Part shown: positions 11,123 through 19,575 of the stretch, piece by piece | Numbering within the stretch: the first letter of the stretch is position 1 | Layout: each line of letters begins with the position of its first letter | Virus record (IMG/VR): IMGVR_UViG_3300045970_000794 | Location: 298,103-362,102 of that record | Reading direction: 5' to 3' (one strand) | DNA length: 64,000 bases | The notes under the pieces: model-generated | Told to the model about the DNA's origin: nothing | Database searches by the model: none | The model's input: only the letters and a program-made list of their open reading frames with translations | Position numbers and translations under genes: made by a program

Positions 11123-11269
11123 TAATGATGGTTTTCAATATTTTAATTCTTTTTGTCATACCACGCTTATTATCATTGAACCAGTATCCAAAATAACCAC
11201 CATAATTATTTTTTGGCTTATATTTAAGAAGCCCAGTAAAAATAATACTCTTGATAAAAAATTTTTCAT
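11067..11269 (-). pseudogene. paralog of 10724-11122 with apparent 1-nt deletion in the A-run after ATG
   Basis: ATG-A5-T6; one extra A gives MKKFFIKS...KYKP..YWF..KRIKIL. Confidence 0.45.
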
Positions 11270-11271
11270 AA

Positions 11272-11508
11272 TTATTTAGTTTTATTACGTTTAGCACAGA
11301 ATTTACAATTACCTTTGTGAGCGGCCCAGTCATTGTTTTGACCATAAATAGAGCCAACATACTCACAGCCATCAATGACATATGTATTGATAGGAGTATA
11401 GTTAACAGAATAGCCACTAGGCTTTGTAGCCACATTATCCTCTTGCCGTTTTGGTAAACAAGATGTGATTAAGATTGATATAAGAATCAATGGAATGTAT
11501 CTTTTCAT
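11272..11508 (-). CDS. putative lipoprotein
   Basis: Signal peptide with lipobox LITSC. Confidence 0.65.
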   Translation of the reverse strand: MKRYIPLILISILITSCLPKRQEDNVATKPSGYSVNYTPINTYVIDGCEYVGSIYGQNNDWAAHKGNCKFCAKRNKTK

Positions 11509-11509
11509 A

Positions 11510-11854
11510 TTAGTTTACGATTTGTGATTTCTTTGCTACGATGATACTATCATTTTCTGATATGATGGATTCAATATTAATAACCTTACCAGTGTTTTGG
11601 TTATTGATGATAATAGTTGATTGGTGGCTTTTACCAACGCTATAGGTTGTTGAGTTAACAGCTCCATTAAGTACAGCAACTTTAACATAACTACCGCTAC
11701 CAGTTGACATATCATAAATTTTAAGACCTTTTAATTCTTGAGAAAGCTTTTCTTCAGCACCATTTAATGTATTTCTAGTGGTACCAGCATCTTCACAAGA
11801 AGAGAAAGCGATTGCTAATAATAATACACCTAAAACTAATGTAATTTTTTTCAT
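11510..11854 (-). CDS. putative lipoprotein
   Basis: MKK + hydrophobic core + AFSSC; start follows promoter at 11886. Confidence 0.7.
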   Translation of the reverse strand: MKKITLVLGVLLLAIAFSSCEDAGTTRNTLNGAEEKLSQELKGLKIYDMSTGSGSYVKVAVLNGAVNSTTYSVGKSHQSTIIINNQNTGKVINIESIISENDSIIVAKKSQIVN

Positions 11855-11863
11855 AGGATATAA

Positions 11864-11894
11864 GATTTTAAGTATTAATTTGATGCAAAGATAA
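11864..11894 (-). repeat. 31-bp exact repeat (promoter -7 box + leader), second copy at 15219-15249
   Basis: gattttaagtattaatttgatgcaaagataa identical at both sites. Confidence 0.85.
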
Positions 11895-11945
11895 ATAAAA
11901 TATTTTAATCTACCAAATAAAAATGCAATTATTTTTATAGCTATA

Positions 11946-12317
11946 TTATTTTTTATGTTTAACTTCACTTGCTCTACGTTTAATATCAGCATCAAGCCAT
12001 ATCATATTAGTATGTTTTATAATTGCCTCATTAACCCATTTAAGGACATCAGTTGGGTTATAATAATGCACATGATTAATATATTCGGATTCTATTTTAT
12101 CTTCAAACATTGCATTAGTACCAATTAAATAATCATCACACCAATCAACAACTTTAATTTTAAACCATAATATCTTAACGATTTTATACGCTTTTAGATT
12201 AACATAATGGCTTGTTGACCAATCTCTAGTCCAAAACTTACTACGCATGTGAGCTTTATAAAGAACACCATCAATTGTTGTGGTGAACGTCTTATTTTCT
12301 TCAATTAGTTCTTTCAT
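11946..12317 (-). CDS. hypothetical protein
   Basis: 123-aa ORF. Confidence 0.6.
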   Translation of the reverse strand: MKELIEENKTFTTTIDGVLYKAHMRSKFWTRDWSTSHYVNLKAYKIVKILWFKIKVVDWCDDYLIGTNAMFEDKIESEYINHVHYYNPTDVLKWVNEAIIKHTNMIWLDADIKRRASEVKHKK

Positions 12318-12318
12318 A

Positions 12319-12531
12319 TTAGCAATGTAGTACTAGACAAGATACCATCCAATAAATTAAAAAACAAATAGCTAAACATGCCGCAATACCAAACCAGCAT
12401 AATATACCAAACAAGGTATTTATAATGCGTTCCTCTAAATCTTCATCAAATGTATGTAATACACCGTTACCCATATAATAGGCCCCAACAAAGAATATTG
12501 CAATGCCTATAAACGTTAAAATTGCTACCAT
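12319..12531 (-). CDS. small membrane protein
   Basis: Two TM-like segments. Confidence 0.55.
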   Translation of the reverse strand: MVAILTFIGIAIFFVGAYYMGNGVLHTFDEDLEERIINTLFGILCWFGIAACLAICFLIYWMVSCLVLHC

Positions 12532-12542
12532 AGTTTTAATTT

Positions 12543-13460
12543 TTAAATTTTATTATTTCTTACTGAATCTTTTATTTCGATATAAATGGTTGATGCCATT
12601 GGATATTTCTTCGTGACATCAAGTTTGATTTGCTCAATAGTATCTTCAATATCATAAGCTACTTCATCATCTTCAATATCCAATGATAATAATAACATGA
12701 ACTGGTTTTTACCTATGAACATTGTTTGAATCTTATTGATATGTTTTACCATATGATATTGCCCGATAATATGTTTAATATCATTTCTTATTTCCCTCGG
12801 GGCACTCTCACCAATAATTAACTTTCTGAGCTCATTAGAGAGCGTATAAGCGATTATCATCAGAATTAGACCTACAACTATGGAACCGATTGCATCGAAC
12901 ACTGGAGAGACTGTAACAGCTAAAATTGTGGTGATGGCTACAACGATTAATCCGAATAATGCAACCATATCTTCTAGGATAATAACCAATAGGTTTGTAT
13001 CACTAGTATCAATGATTTTACGGAAGAATGAATCCTTACTGATTGTTTTGAATTGATTATAAGCAACTCTGAATGAGTTGAACTCTAAAATGATACCAAT
13101 ACCAAGAACGATGAAGGACCAATAAACATGATGTATTGGTTCTGGCTTTGATAGTTTTTCAATTCCCTCATAAAGCGAATAGAATCCACCAACAAAGAAT
13201 AATAGTATTGCTACCATGAATCCCCAGAAATATTCTTCCTTACCATAACCGAATGAATGTAGTTCGGTTGGAGCTTTAGATGTTCTTTTATTACCAATCA
13301 ACAAGAACACTTGATTGCAACAATCAGCTGTTGAGTGAATGGCTTCGGCCAACATAGCAGTACTAGTAGTAACGACAGCTACAACGAATTTTATGGCTGC
13401 GATGATTGCATTACCAATAAGTGCGACCATAACGGCCTTCATTGAATTAGGTTTAGACAT
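12543..13460 (-). CDS. cation diffusion facilitator (CDF) family transporter
   Basis: AMLAEAIHSTAD, HSFGYGKEEY, ILED, FDAIGS; 6 TM segments plus C-terminal domain. Confidence 0.9.
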   Translation of the reverse strand: MSKPNSMKAVMVALIGNAIIAAIKFVVAVVTTSTAMLAEAIHSTADCCNQVFLLIGNKRTSKAPTELHSFGYGKEEYFWGFMVAILLFFVGGFYSLYEGIEKLSKPEPIHHVYWSFIVLGIGIILEFNSFRVAYNQFKTISKDSFFRKIIDTSDTNLLVIILEDMVALFGLIVVAITTILAVTVSPVFDAIGSIVVGLILMIIAYTLSNELRKLIIGESAPREIRNDIKHIIGQYHMVKHINKIQTMFIGKNQFMLLLSLDIEDDEVAYDIEDTIEQIKLDVTKKYPMASTIYIEIKDSVRNNKI

Positions 13461-13764
13461 TTTGTTTAAGTATTTCTATTAGTTTAATACGCTTAGCTAG
13501 GAACCAAAGGCCACCTTGATTAGTAGGTCTTTTAAATTCTTCGAACTCTTCAATTTCAAGTTTAATCCAGACTCTACCTTTTTCGGATAGATGTGGTGCC
13601 ACTGGCTCTGATGTACAATGCCAAAACGGTCTCACTTTATAACCATTTGTTGGATGACATTCAGCTTCCATCCATTCATTAAATGGAAGGACCTTTGATT
13701 TATTAATGAAGAGTGGTGTTATATCACCATTCTTTTTTACTCTACAAAGTTTATATGCTAGCAT
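13453..13764 (-). CDS. hypothetical phage protein
   Basis: 103-aa ORF, translationally coupled. Confidence 0.65.
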   Translation of the reverse strand: MLAYKLCRVKKNGDITPLFINKSKVLPFNEWMEAECHPTNGYKVRPFWHCTSEPVAPHLSEKGRVWIKLEIEEFEEFKRPTNQGGLWFLAKRIKLIEILKQNV

Positions 13765-14102
13765 TATCTATATATTTTTCTAGTTTGACTATTAATACAT
13801 TTTGGGTTGATGCATTTGTATTCACCGAATATCCCTAGGAATCCGCTACGAACAACTGATGAGCCACATCTAATACAACATTTAGTACTACCTTCACGTT
13901 CCATTCTACTTAATGGTGGTTGTGGTGGTGGAGGTGCAACAATAAATGGTTTAATAACAATTGGTGTCTCTTGTGCCAGTTCTTTTTCAGCTGATTCAAT
14001 ATGTGCGCATAATGCGTAATACCCATTACATTTGGTACTGAAATCGCTTTGAATTTGAAAAGCGAACTGAATGAATTTTAGTGTTTCTAGGTGTAGTTTC
14101 AT
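13764..14102 (-). CDS. hypothetical protein with C-terminal zinc ribbon
   Basis: CIRC...CINPKC. Confidence 0.6.
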   Translation of the reverse strand: MKLHLETLKFIQFAFQIQSDFSTKCNGYYALCAHIESAEKELAQETPIVIKPFIVAPPPPQPPLSRMEREGSTKCCIRCGSSVVRSGFLGIFGEYKCINPKCINSQTRKIYR

Positions 14103-14285
14103 AATATTAGAGTAAAATTAATGAGTAAATGGTCCACATACTTAGTGATTGATAAATTAGTATTGTCCACATATGCTTCTTTATAAAATTATCATTATCC
14201 CCATATAGCATGAAGAGGCCATAAATCCAGCCAACTAACGGTATCAAATAGATTAATTTATTCATTTTATTTAGATTTTTAGTTA

Positions 14286-14615
14286 TTACTTTCTTGGAAT
14301 ATACTCACAATATGAGGTGTGTATACCATTGACACAACCACAATATTTACAATGGGTTTCAGCTTCAACCTCTTTAATAACATCGAATATTGTTAATTGA
14401 TTAGTTGGTTCTTCAGTGTTCTTTTTACAAGTACAATCACTGAATTTAAAGCTTTTAACCAAATTAACTTCACCGCCATTTAATACGTGTTCACTTAGGT
14501 TTTCCTTCCAGATAGTATCAGTATAACAATCTGGCTCACGACATGCGGCAAATGTTGCCCCACAATGACATTTCATTACTTGAATTCGATTCATGTTAAA
14601 GCTTTTTGTAGTCAT
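14286..14615 (-). CDS. Cys-rich hypothetical protein
   Basis: 109-aa ORF with several CxC/CxxC. Confidence 0.55.
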   Translation of the reverse strand: MTTKSFNMNRIQVMKCHCGATFAACREPDCYTDTIWKENLSEHVLNGGEVNLVKSFKFSDCTCKKNTEEPTNQLTIFDVIKEVEAETHCKYCGCVNGIHTSYCEYIPRK

Positions 14616-14796
14616 TTATACCAGTGACCATGAAGTATATCCCAAATAATATAGTTATGACCCATCTATGGGGTTCAACTGTTACATCAGTATTAAGTGT
14701 ACTATATATATATATACGCACCTAGTGTGATACATGATAAGCATCCTAGAAGGATTGAGCCTATTGCAAATATTTTATCTCTCATAATTTATTTAT

Positions 14797-15000
14797 TTAT
14801 TGAAGTTTACCTTTACAAATAACCATATCCAATTCATAGTTAGGTGGAAATTCACCTCGCCAATCACCATCAACGTTATGTTGACCTATATCAAAGCGAA
14901 CTGAATCGGCTATGATACCTTTGATTCTAAGATGGTCTTTAATTATATCAGAAATTTCTTCTGGAGTTAATCTAACTGTTATTTCTTTTTCGATTTCCAT
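14797..15000 (-). CDS. hypothetical protein
   Basis: 67-aa ORF. Confidence 0.55.
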   Translation of the reverse strand: MEIEKEITVRLTPEEISDIIKDHLRIKGIIADSVRFDIGQHNVDGDWRGEFPPNYELDMVICKGKLQ

Positions 15001-15035
15001 GACTATTTTGCTATTGATGTGTCTTTATCTTTAAG

Positions 15036-15218
15036 TTAAAAGATTTTGTTTTTAATATCACTTATAACATATAAAACAAGGCCAATGGCCATAGCAATTA
15101 AGAATATGACTGACTTAGTGTAGAAAATTTCAAAGTCATTGGCGTTAGCATTAACTAATGCTTGGATATAAAACCCAATAAAGAATGCCATTATGAATTT
15201 TGCGATATGTCTTAACAT
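15036..15218 (-). CDS. small membrane protein
   Basis: Two TM segments; follows promoter at 15241. Confidence 0.55.
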   Translation of the reverse strand: MLRHIAKFIMAFFIGFYIQALVNANANDFEIFYTKSVIFLIAMAIGLVLYVISDIKNKIF

Positions 15219-15289
15219 GATTTTAAGTATTAATTTGATGCAAAGATAATACAAATATTTTTAATAACCAAATTTTTTGTGAATTATTT

Positions 15290-15472
15290 TTAAAATGGTA
15301 ATATTTCTTTTGATTGTTCTTTTTCGTATTCCTTTTTGAATCGTTCAAATTCAGCATCAAATCCATTTCTAATAATGACAGCTGGATTGAAATTCTTAGT
15401 TTTCAACCAAGCAATTTTTCCCATTTGCTCAGCTGAAAACCTAATTGATTGAACTTGAGATTTTTGTTTCAT
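15290..15472 (-). CDS. putative ribbon-helix-helix DNA-binding protein at head of cassette array
   Basis: VQSIRFS (strand) + helix + NPAVIIR helix pattern. Confidence 0.5.
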   Translation of the reverse strand: MKQKSQVQSIRFSAEQMGKIAWLKTKNFNPAVIIRNGFDAEFERFKKEYEKEQSKEILPF

Positions 15473-15516
15473 ATTTGTAATACAATTATAACAGCAATAA
15501 GTAAGTTAGTGAGCAT

Positions 15517-15780
15517 TTAAGCATCACTATATTTAATAAACATAGTATCCATGAATTTTTTAACATCATTTAATTCACCTTGATAACATCTTCCCATACC
15601 ACAAATCGTATAAATTGGAAATTCGTTATCTTTTACATTTTCAAATATATTCAAGTTATGCTCTATTACAATCTTATAATCCCTATATGTTTCAATTTCT
15701 TCAATTTTCCCTTTAACAAAACGCTCACTAACATCGTGTATAGCACATTGCTGTTCATTTTTCAAATTATCTTTTTCCAT
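15517..15780 (-). CDS. cassette 1 hypothetical protein
   Basis: Starts inside site 1 (QCAIHDVS encoded by the arm). Confidence 0.7.
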   Translation of the reverse strand: MEKDNLKNEQQCAIHDVSERFVKGKIEEIETYRDYKIVIEHNLNIFENVKDNEFPIYTICGMGRCYQGELNDVKKFMDTMFIKYSDA

Positions 15781-15843
15781 ATTATTAAATTTAGTATTTC
15801 AAATTAAGTTCTCGTTGGCAACGTGCTATACACGCAGCCGTTA
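15729..15843 (+). repeat. attC-like site 1
   Basis: TAAC-at-CGTGTATAGCACATTGC ... GCAACGTGCTATACACG-cagcc-GTTA. Confidence 0.85.
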
Positions 15844-15851
15844 TGTTTAAT

Positions 15852-16016
15852 TTAATTTTTTAACCGCAATTTATCTCCCACCCATTCAAGTTCTATCATT
15901 TCATCATGTTTTCCCTTGTTAATAATATCCAGTGCTGTATCAACATCAGATAAATTGCTAACTACTTTCACCATTTCATCAAGAGTCATACATTTTAACA
16001 TTTCAAGTTTTTCCAT
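15852..16016 (-). CDS. cassette 2 hypothetical protein (54 aa, not in ORF track)
   Basis: MEKLEMLKC...GDKLRLKN*; fills the cassette. Confidence 0.6.
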   Translation of the reverse strand: MEKLEMLKCMTLDEMVKVVSNLSDVDTALDIINKGKHDEMIELEWVGDKLRLKN

Positions 16017-16047
16017 AAGTTTATCTATTAAAAATTAAACTAAAACA

Positions 16048-16160
16048 TAACAACAAATATAAGTTATTATTTTCAGTGTTCCAAATTAAATTATCTGTTT
16101 ATTTATACGTTTGTTTTTTAATTAAGTTTCAGTTATAACAACTTATATTTGCAACCGTTA
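16048..16160 (+). repeat. attC-like site 2
   Basis: TAAC-aa-CAAATATAAGTTATTAT ... ATAACAACTTATATTTG-caacc-GTTA. Confidence 0.85.
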
Positions 16161-16196
16161 GCAGCTATTAAAACAGTACGCTCGTTCCTCGCCTGC

Positions 16197-16457
16197 TAAC
16201 ATCGAATAAGAAAAATAAAAATTACTACTGTTGTGGTTCATCGAGTGGTGGTGGTTTTAAATACCATTTTCCGTTATCATCAACAAAAAAACTTTCAGGC
16301 TTCATCTGTTCATATCCCCAAGAACAAAAACCTTTGCAGTTTTTATTTTCGCATACATTATTAAATTCTCCCCATTCCTGTCCACACAATACACATATAA
16401 GTTTTTTTTCGTGTTCCATATACCGTAATTTTTACATTTTCTTATTCGCAGCCGTTA
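16197..16457 (+). repeat. attC-like site 3 (loop contains a whole gene)
   Basis: TAAC-at-CGAATAAGAAAAATAAAAATTAC ... GTAATTTTTACATTTTCTTATTCG-cagcc-GTTA. Confidence 0.8.
16225..16419 (-). CDS. small zinc-finger-like protein nested in site 3
   Basis: CVLC...CENKNC. Confidence 0.65.
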   Translation of the reverse strand: MEHEKKLICVLCGQEWGEFNNVCENKNCKGFCSWGYEQMKPESFFVDDNGKWYLKPPPLDEPQQ

Positions 16458-16670
16458 GGCGTAATTAAAAGTAATCCTAACTTTAGCCTTAAATTCTCTA
16501 TATCCGTTTTCGTTTTCAATAGTCATTTCTTGTAATATGTCCTGAATGAATATCAGTGCATCATCTGTTATTTCAGTTCCTTTAGGGTAAGTCTTTGAAT
16601 AACTACGCCTAACACCACCTATATTTAATTGCTGGCTATCTGCGTTATTAAAGGTCTGTTCGTTGTTCAT
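16455..16670 (-). CDS. cassette 4 hypothetical protein
   Basis: Starts in site 4 loop (QLNIGGVR); its stop TAA is the TTA of the cassette's GTTA. Confidence 0.7.
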   Translation of the reverse strand: MNNEQTFNNADSQQLNIGGVRRSYSKTYPKGTEITDDALIFIQDILQEMTIENENGYREFKAKVRITFNYA

Positions 16671-16734
16671 AATTTCGTGTAATTTGATAGTTTAGTATTT
16701 CAAAATCAGCAACTAAACATAGCTGTAACCGTTA
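16610..16734 (+). repeat. attC-like site 4
   Basis: TAAC-ac-CACCTATATTTAATTGCTG ... CAGCAACTAAACATAGCTG-taacc-GTTA. Confidence 0.85.
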
Positions 16735-16741
16735 GCAACAA

Positions 16742-16951
16742 TTAGTGCTGCCCATACCTCAAATGAATGTTATCATAATCTGTATCGTGATAAGCACCGT
16801 TCTCTTGTTTATGTTTCTTTATACATTGATATAAGTATATTTCGGTTAATCCTACCAAAGAACAATCACCTTTATCCCAACTATTATACAGTTGTTTAAT
16901 CTCATCATCGTTCAAATCTAATAAACTTTCTATTGTGTTCTTTTCATCCAT
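16742..16951 (-). CDS. cassette 5 hypothetical protein
   Basis: ATG at 16951 (MDEKNT). Confidence 0.6.
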   Translation of the reverse strand: MDEKNTIESLLDLNDDEIKQLYNSWDKGDCSLVGLTEIYLYQCIKKHKQENGAYHDTDYDNIHLRYGQH

Positions 16952-16966
16952 AAATCTAACTGTTGC

Positions 16967-17052
16967 TAACAAGCAATATATGTAATTGCCTATTAAGGTT
17001 TGTAAAATTTTTAAATTTTGTGCAAGGCAACTACATATATTGCCAACCGTTA
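16967..17052 (+). repeat. attC-like site 5
   Basis: TAAC-aa-GCAATATATGTAATTGCC ... GGCAACTACATATATTGC-caacc-GTTA. Confidence 0.85.
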
Positions 17053-17059
17053 GGTTCAA

Positions 17060-17353
17060 TTAAATTATTGTTTTGATTTTATTTAGATAATCAATATATC
17101 GAGAAGATGAACCGCTACCATACAATTTTTCAGCTTTCTCAGACATACCATATAAAGATATTAAAAAATAATCACCATATTCAGATGCTTTGTTCCTAAA
17201 TCCCCACATTTCATGTTGTCTTATCTGAAATTCATCTTCAGTGAGGTTATCCATATCAATAAATAATTTATCGTATGCTTCCCAAAATTGTGTCATCACA
17301 ATTCTAACTTCTTCTTTTAATTCTTGTGAAGTTGTTTGTTCTCTTATATTCAT
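17060..17353 (-). CDS. cassette 6 hypothetical protein
   Basis: 97-aa ORF filling the cassette. Confidence 0.7.
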   Translation of the reverse strand: MNIREQTTSQELKEEVRIVMTQFWEAYDKLFIDMDNLTEDEFQIRQHEMWGFRNKASEYGDYFLISLYGMSEKAEKLYGSGSSSRYIDYLNKIKTII

Positions 17354-17389
17354 ATTTTTTAATTTGTAAAATAATTATTTAACTAAACC

Positions 17390-17437
17390 TAACAAATGAT
17401 AAACAACATTAAAACGATTGTTTATCATCGGACGTTA
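17390..17437 (+). repeat. attC-like site 6 (minimal, 48 bp)
   Basis: TAAC-aa-ATGATAAACAA-cattaaaacga-TTGTTTATCAT-cggac-GTTA. Confidence 0.8.
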
Positions 17438-17458
17438 TGGCTCATTAAAACGAAGCCA

Positions 17459-17950
17459 TAACAGCAAATATAACCAATGCTGTCAGTGCTTCGATTTAAG
17501 TTTTGCGATTAAAAGTTTTTAAAAATTGCCATCGCACTTAAAAAGTTTCAAGTATTTTTCCTGTTGGTTCAACAAAATCAATTACACTTGTTTCACCATT
17601 TTCTTTTTCTACACCTATTTGCCCAGTTAACCTAGAATTAATAGTTTCAAATTTATGCAATTCGCATCTAAAAGAAAATGTATCTTTTAACTTGGTTTGC
17701 AACTCAACATTCCAACCGTCATTGGATTGGTCAAACAAATGGTTCAATGCAAATTCTTTAACAATCAATTTAACCATTTTCATTCTTAATGATTTTTTAC
17801 TTTTTACTTTCATACTTTTAATTTTAAATTTATATAAATATAATGTTTTTATTTAAGATAATCAATATTTTCTCACGCTATTTTTAAAAACTTTTTTGCG
17901 GTGTTTCAATTAAGCATTAGTGTTAGCACTGGTTATATTTGCAGCCGTTA
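17459..17950 (+). repeat. attC-like site 7 (loop contains a whole gene and an inner 16-bp inverted repeat)
   Basis: TAAC-ag-CAAATATAACCAATGCT ... AGCACTGGTTATATTTG-cagcc-GTTA. Confidence 0.8.
17538..17813 (-). CDS. hypothetical protein nested in site 7
   Basis: 91-aa ORF. Confidence 0.65.
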   Translation of the reverse strand: MKVKSKKSLRMKMVKLIVKEFALNHLFDQSNDGWNVELQTKLKDTFSFRCELHKFETINSRLTGQIGVEKENGETSVIDFVEPTGKILETF

Positions 17951-17953
17951 TGG

Positions 17954-18223
17954 TTAATTACCAATTCCAGCTTTGCATTTTGGACATTTAATATAACTAT
18001 CATGATTGTATCCGCAAAATGAACACTTACGTAATGGTAACTCAACCATAACATTAGATAAATCCAATTTTTTGATGTCATTAATTAAGCACAAAACTTC
18101 GTCTGCCCTTATATTATACGTTAGTGCATGGATATAATTATTTGCTTCGCTATTTATTTTTTCGTTATCTTTATAGTCACGAAGTTTTTTTTCCAATTCA
18201 TTAATTATTTAGTCTTTTTTCAT
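17954..18223 (-). pseudogene. cassette 8 gene with C-terminal zinc ribbon; in-frame TAA at codon 5
   Basis: ATG AAA AAA GAC TAA ATA ATT AAT GAA TTG...; could alternatively initiate at TTG 18196. Confidence 0.5.
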
Positions 18224-18261
18224 ATAATTCATTTTAAACTGTATTTATCTGAGTACCGTTA
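18049..18261 (+). repeat. attC-like site 8 (degenerate arms)
   Basis: TAAC-at-TAGATAAATCCAATTT ... AAACTGTATTTATCTG-agtacc-GTTA. Confidence 0.7.
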
Positions 18262-18543
18262 GTGGCAATTTTCTATGAACAGTCTAAACTTCTTACCATC
18301 TTTGGAAATAAATTCGATTGAGTTAGTATTTTGTTGTAAATTATCGTCTAACTCTTTTTGCTGTTGCATTTCTATTATAATTTTTCCGTAATCATGAATT
18401 GTCGCACATTCTTGTGGCTCATCGTTATCGAATTTAAACATAAGCCTTCCAGTTTGGTTAGCAAGTTTAAAACTGCCACTAACATCAGCTATATTCAATG
18501 CCGAGTTCTGTGGCGTAATTGAGTTTTGTTCTTCGTTTTTCAT
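18259..18543 (-). CDS. cassette 9 hypothetical protein
   Basis: Starts in site 9 loop (ALNIADVS); stop within GTTA. Confidence 0.7.
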   Translation of the reverse strand: MKNEEQNSITPQNSALNIADVSGSFKLANQTGRLMFKFDNDEPQECATIHDYGKIIIEMQQQKELDDNLQQNTNSIEFISKDGKKFRLFIENCH

Positions 18544-18603
18544 TTTATCTGTTTATTAAATTTTGAAATACAAAATTGGCACTAAATATAGCTGTAAACA
18601 TTA
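18480..18603 (+). repeat. attC-like site 9 (core G replaced by A)
   Basis: TAAC-at-CAGCTATATTCAATGCC ... GGCACTAAATATAGCTG-taaac-ATTA. Confidence 0.8.
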
Positions 18604-19575
18604 TACCCCATTTAAGAGCGACCCGAAAATGTGAGCGATTATATCAACAGTCCATCCGTTTCCGAGCATTTTTTTTGATTGGCTTTCTGAAACAATATCA
18701 GTAAAGTAATTTTCGGGAACTGTTTGTAATCTGCAATACTCTTTCAAAGTGTAATATCTAAATGGTAGCTTGTTTTTAAAAGCGTCCTTATGCCTACCTA
18801 TTGGCATTGTAGTTAAAACATTGTCTTTTTCAACAGTAGTTAGGCAGTTGCTTTTATTAGTGTTAGTTGCTCTTACTTCCAAGCATTGCGTAATCGGTAC
18901 ATCTTTGTTGTAGTCATCTCTTACACCTCGCTCATTCAATCTTCTACCTAAAATAGTAGCTTTATTCAACCTTCGCCCTCTTATTGCACTTGGGTTAATA
19001 AAATCGTCAGTTTCAAGTATATCAATAAGGTTTATTGCTTTGTCGGTTGGCTGTGTAATTTCAAAGTTTGCCCAATACAAACGAACCCTATTTTGTGCAG
19101 TAACTAAGCTACTGTTAATCGCAACAGGTTCAACCCCTAAATACTCGCTAATTACTTGCTCATATTCTTTTTTCATTACTACATTTTCAAGTAACCAGTA
19201 TTTAGGTTTCAATTCTTTAACCAATCTAACAAACTCAAAAAATAGTTTGCTTCGAGGGTCATCAAAGTTTAACTGTTTGCCACTAAAACTAAATCCTTGG
19301 CATGGGCTACCTCCAATCAATAAATCAACTTTAGGTAAGTCTTTTGCAAATACTTTAGTTACATCGCCTAATTGTATTGTTTTCGGGTAGTTGGTTTGTG
19401 TTACTTTAATAGCGTGTTTATCAATCTCACTCGCAAAGTAGTTATCATATTCAATCCCAACTCTATTAAGTGCTATTTGTCCACAACTCATTCCATCAAA
19501 AAGAGAAAGAACAGAAGAAAAACGGGGCATAACACCGTGTATAGGTAATGTGGGGTTTTGTGGTAATTCAATCAT
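18601..19575 (-). CDS. dcm: DNA (cytosine-5)-methyltransferase (cassette 10)
   Basis: LSLFDGM, EID, GGSPCQGFS, LENV, QNRVR, LGNGW motifs. Confidence 0.92.
   Translation of the reverse strand: MIELPQNPTLPIHGVMPRFSSVLSLFDGMSCGQIALNRVGIEYDNYFASEIDKHAIKVTQTNYPKTIQLGDVTKVFAKDLPKVDLLIGGSPCQGFSFSGKQLNFDDPRSKLFFEFVRLVKELKPKYWLLENVVMKKEYEQVISEYLGVEPVAINSSLVTAQNRVRLYWANFEITQPTDKAINLIDILETDDFINPSAIRGRRLNKATILGRRLNERGVRDDYNKDVPITQCLEVRATNTNKSNCLTTVEKDNVLTTMPIGRHKDAFKNKLPFRYYTLKEYCRLQTVPENYFTDIVSESQSKKMLGNGWTVDIIAHIFGSLLNGV

Noticed and set aside
16952-17059. N-terminal extension of ORF 16742-17059
   Set aside because: It spans all of site 5 into the neighbouring cassette, has no ATG, and is not in the Val frame used by genes that start in sites.
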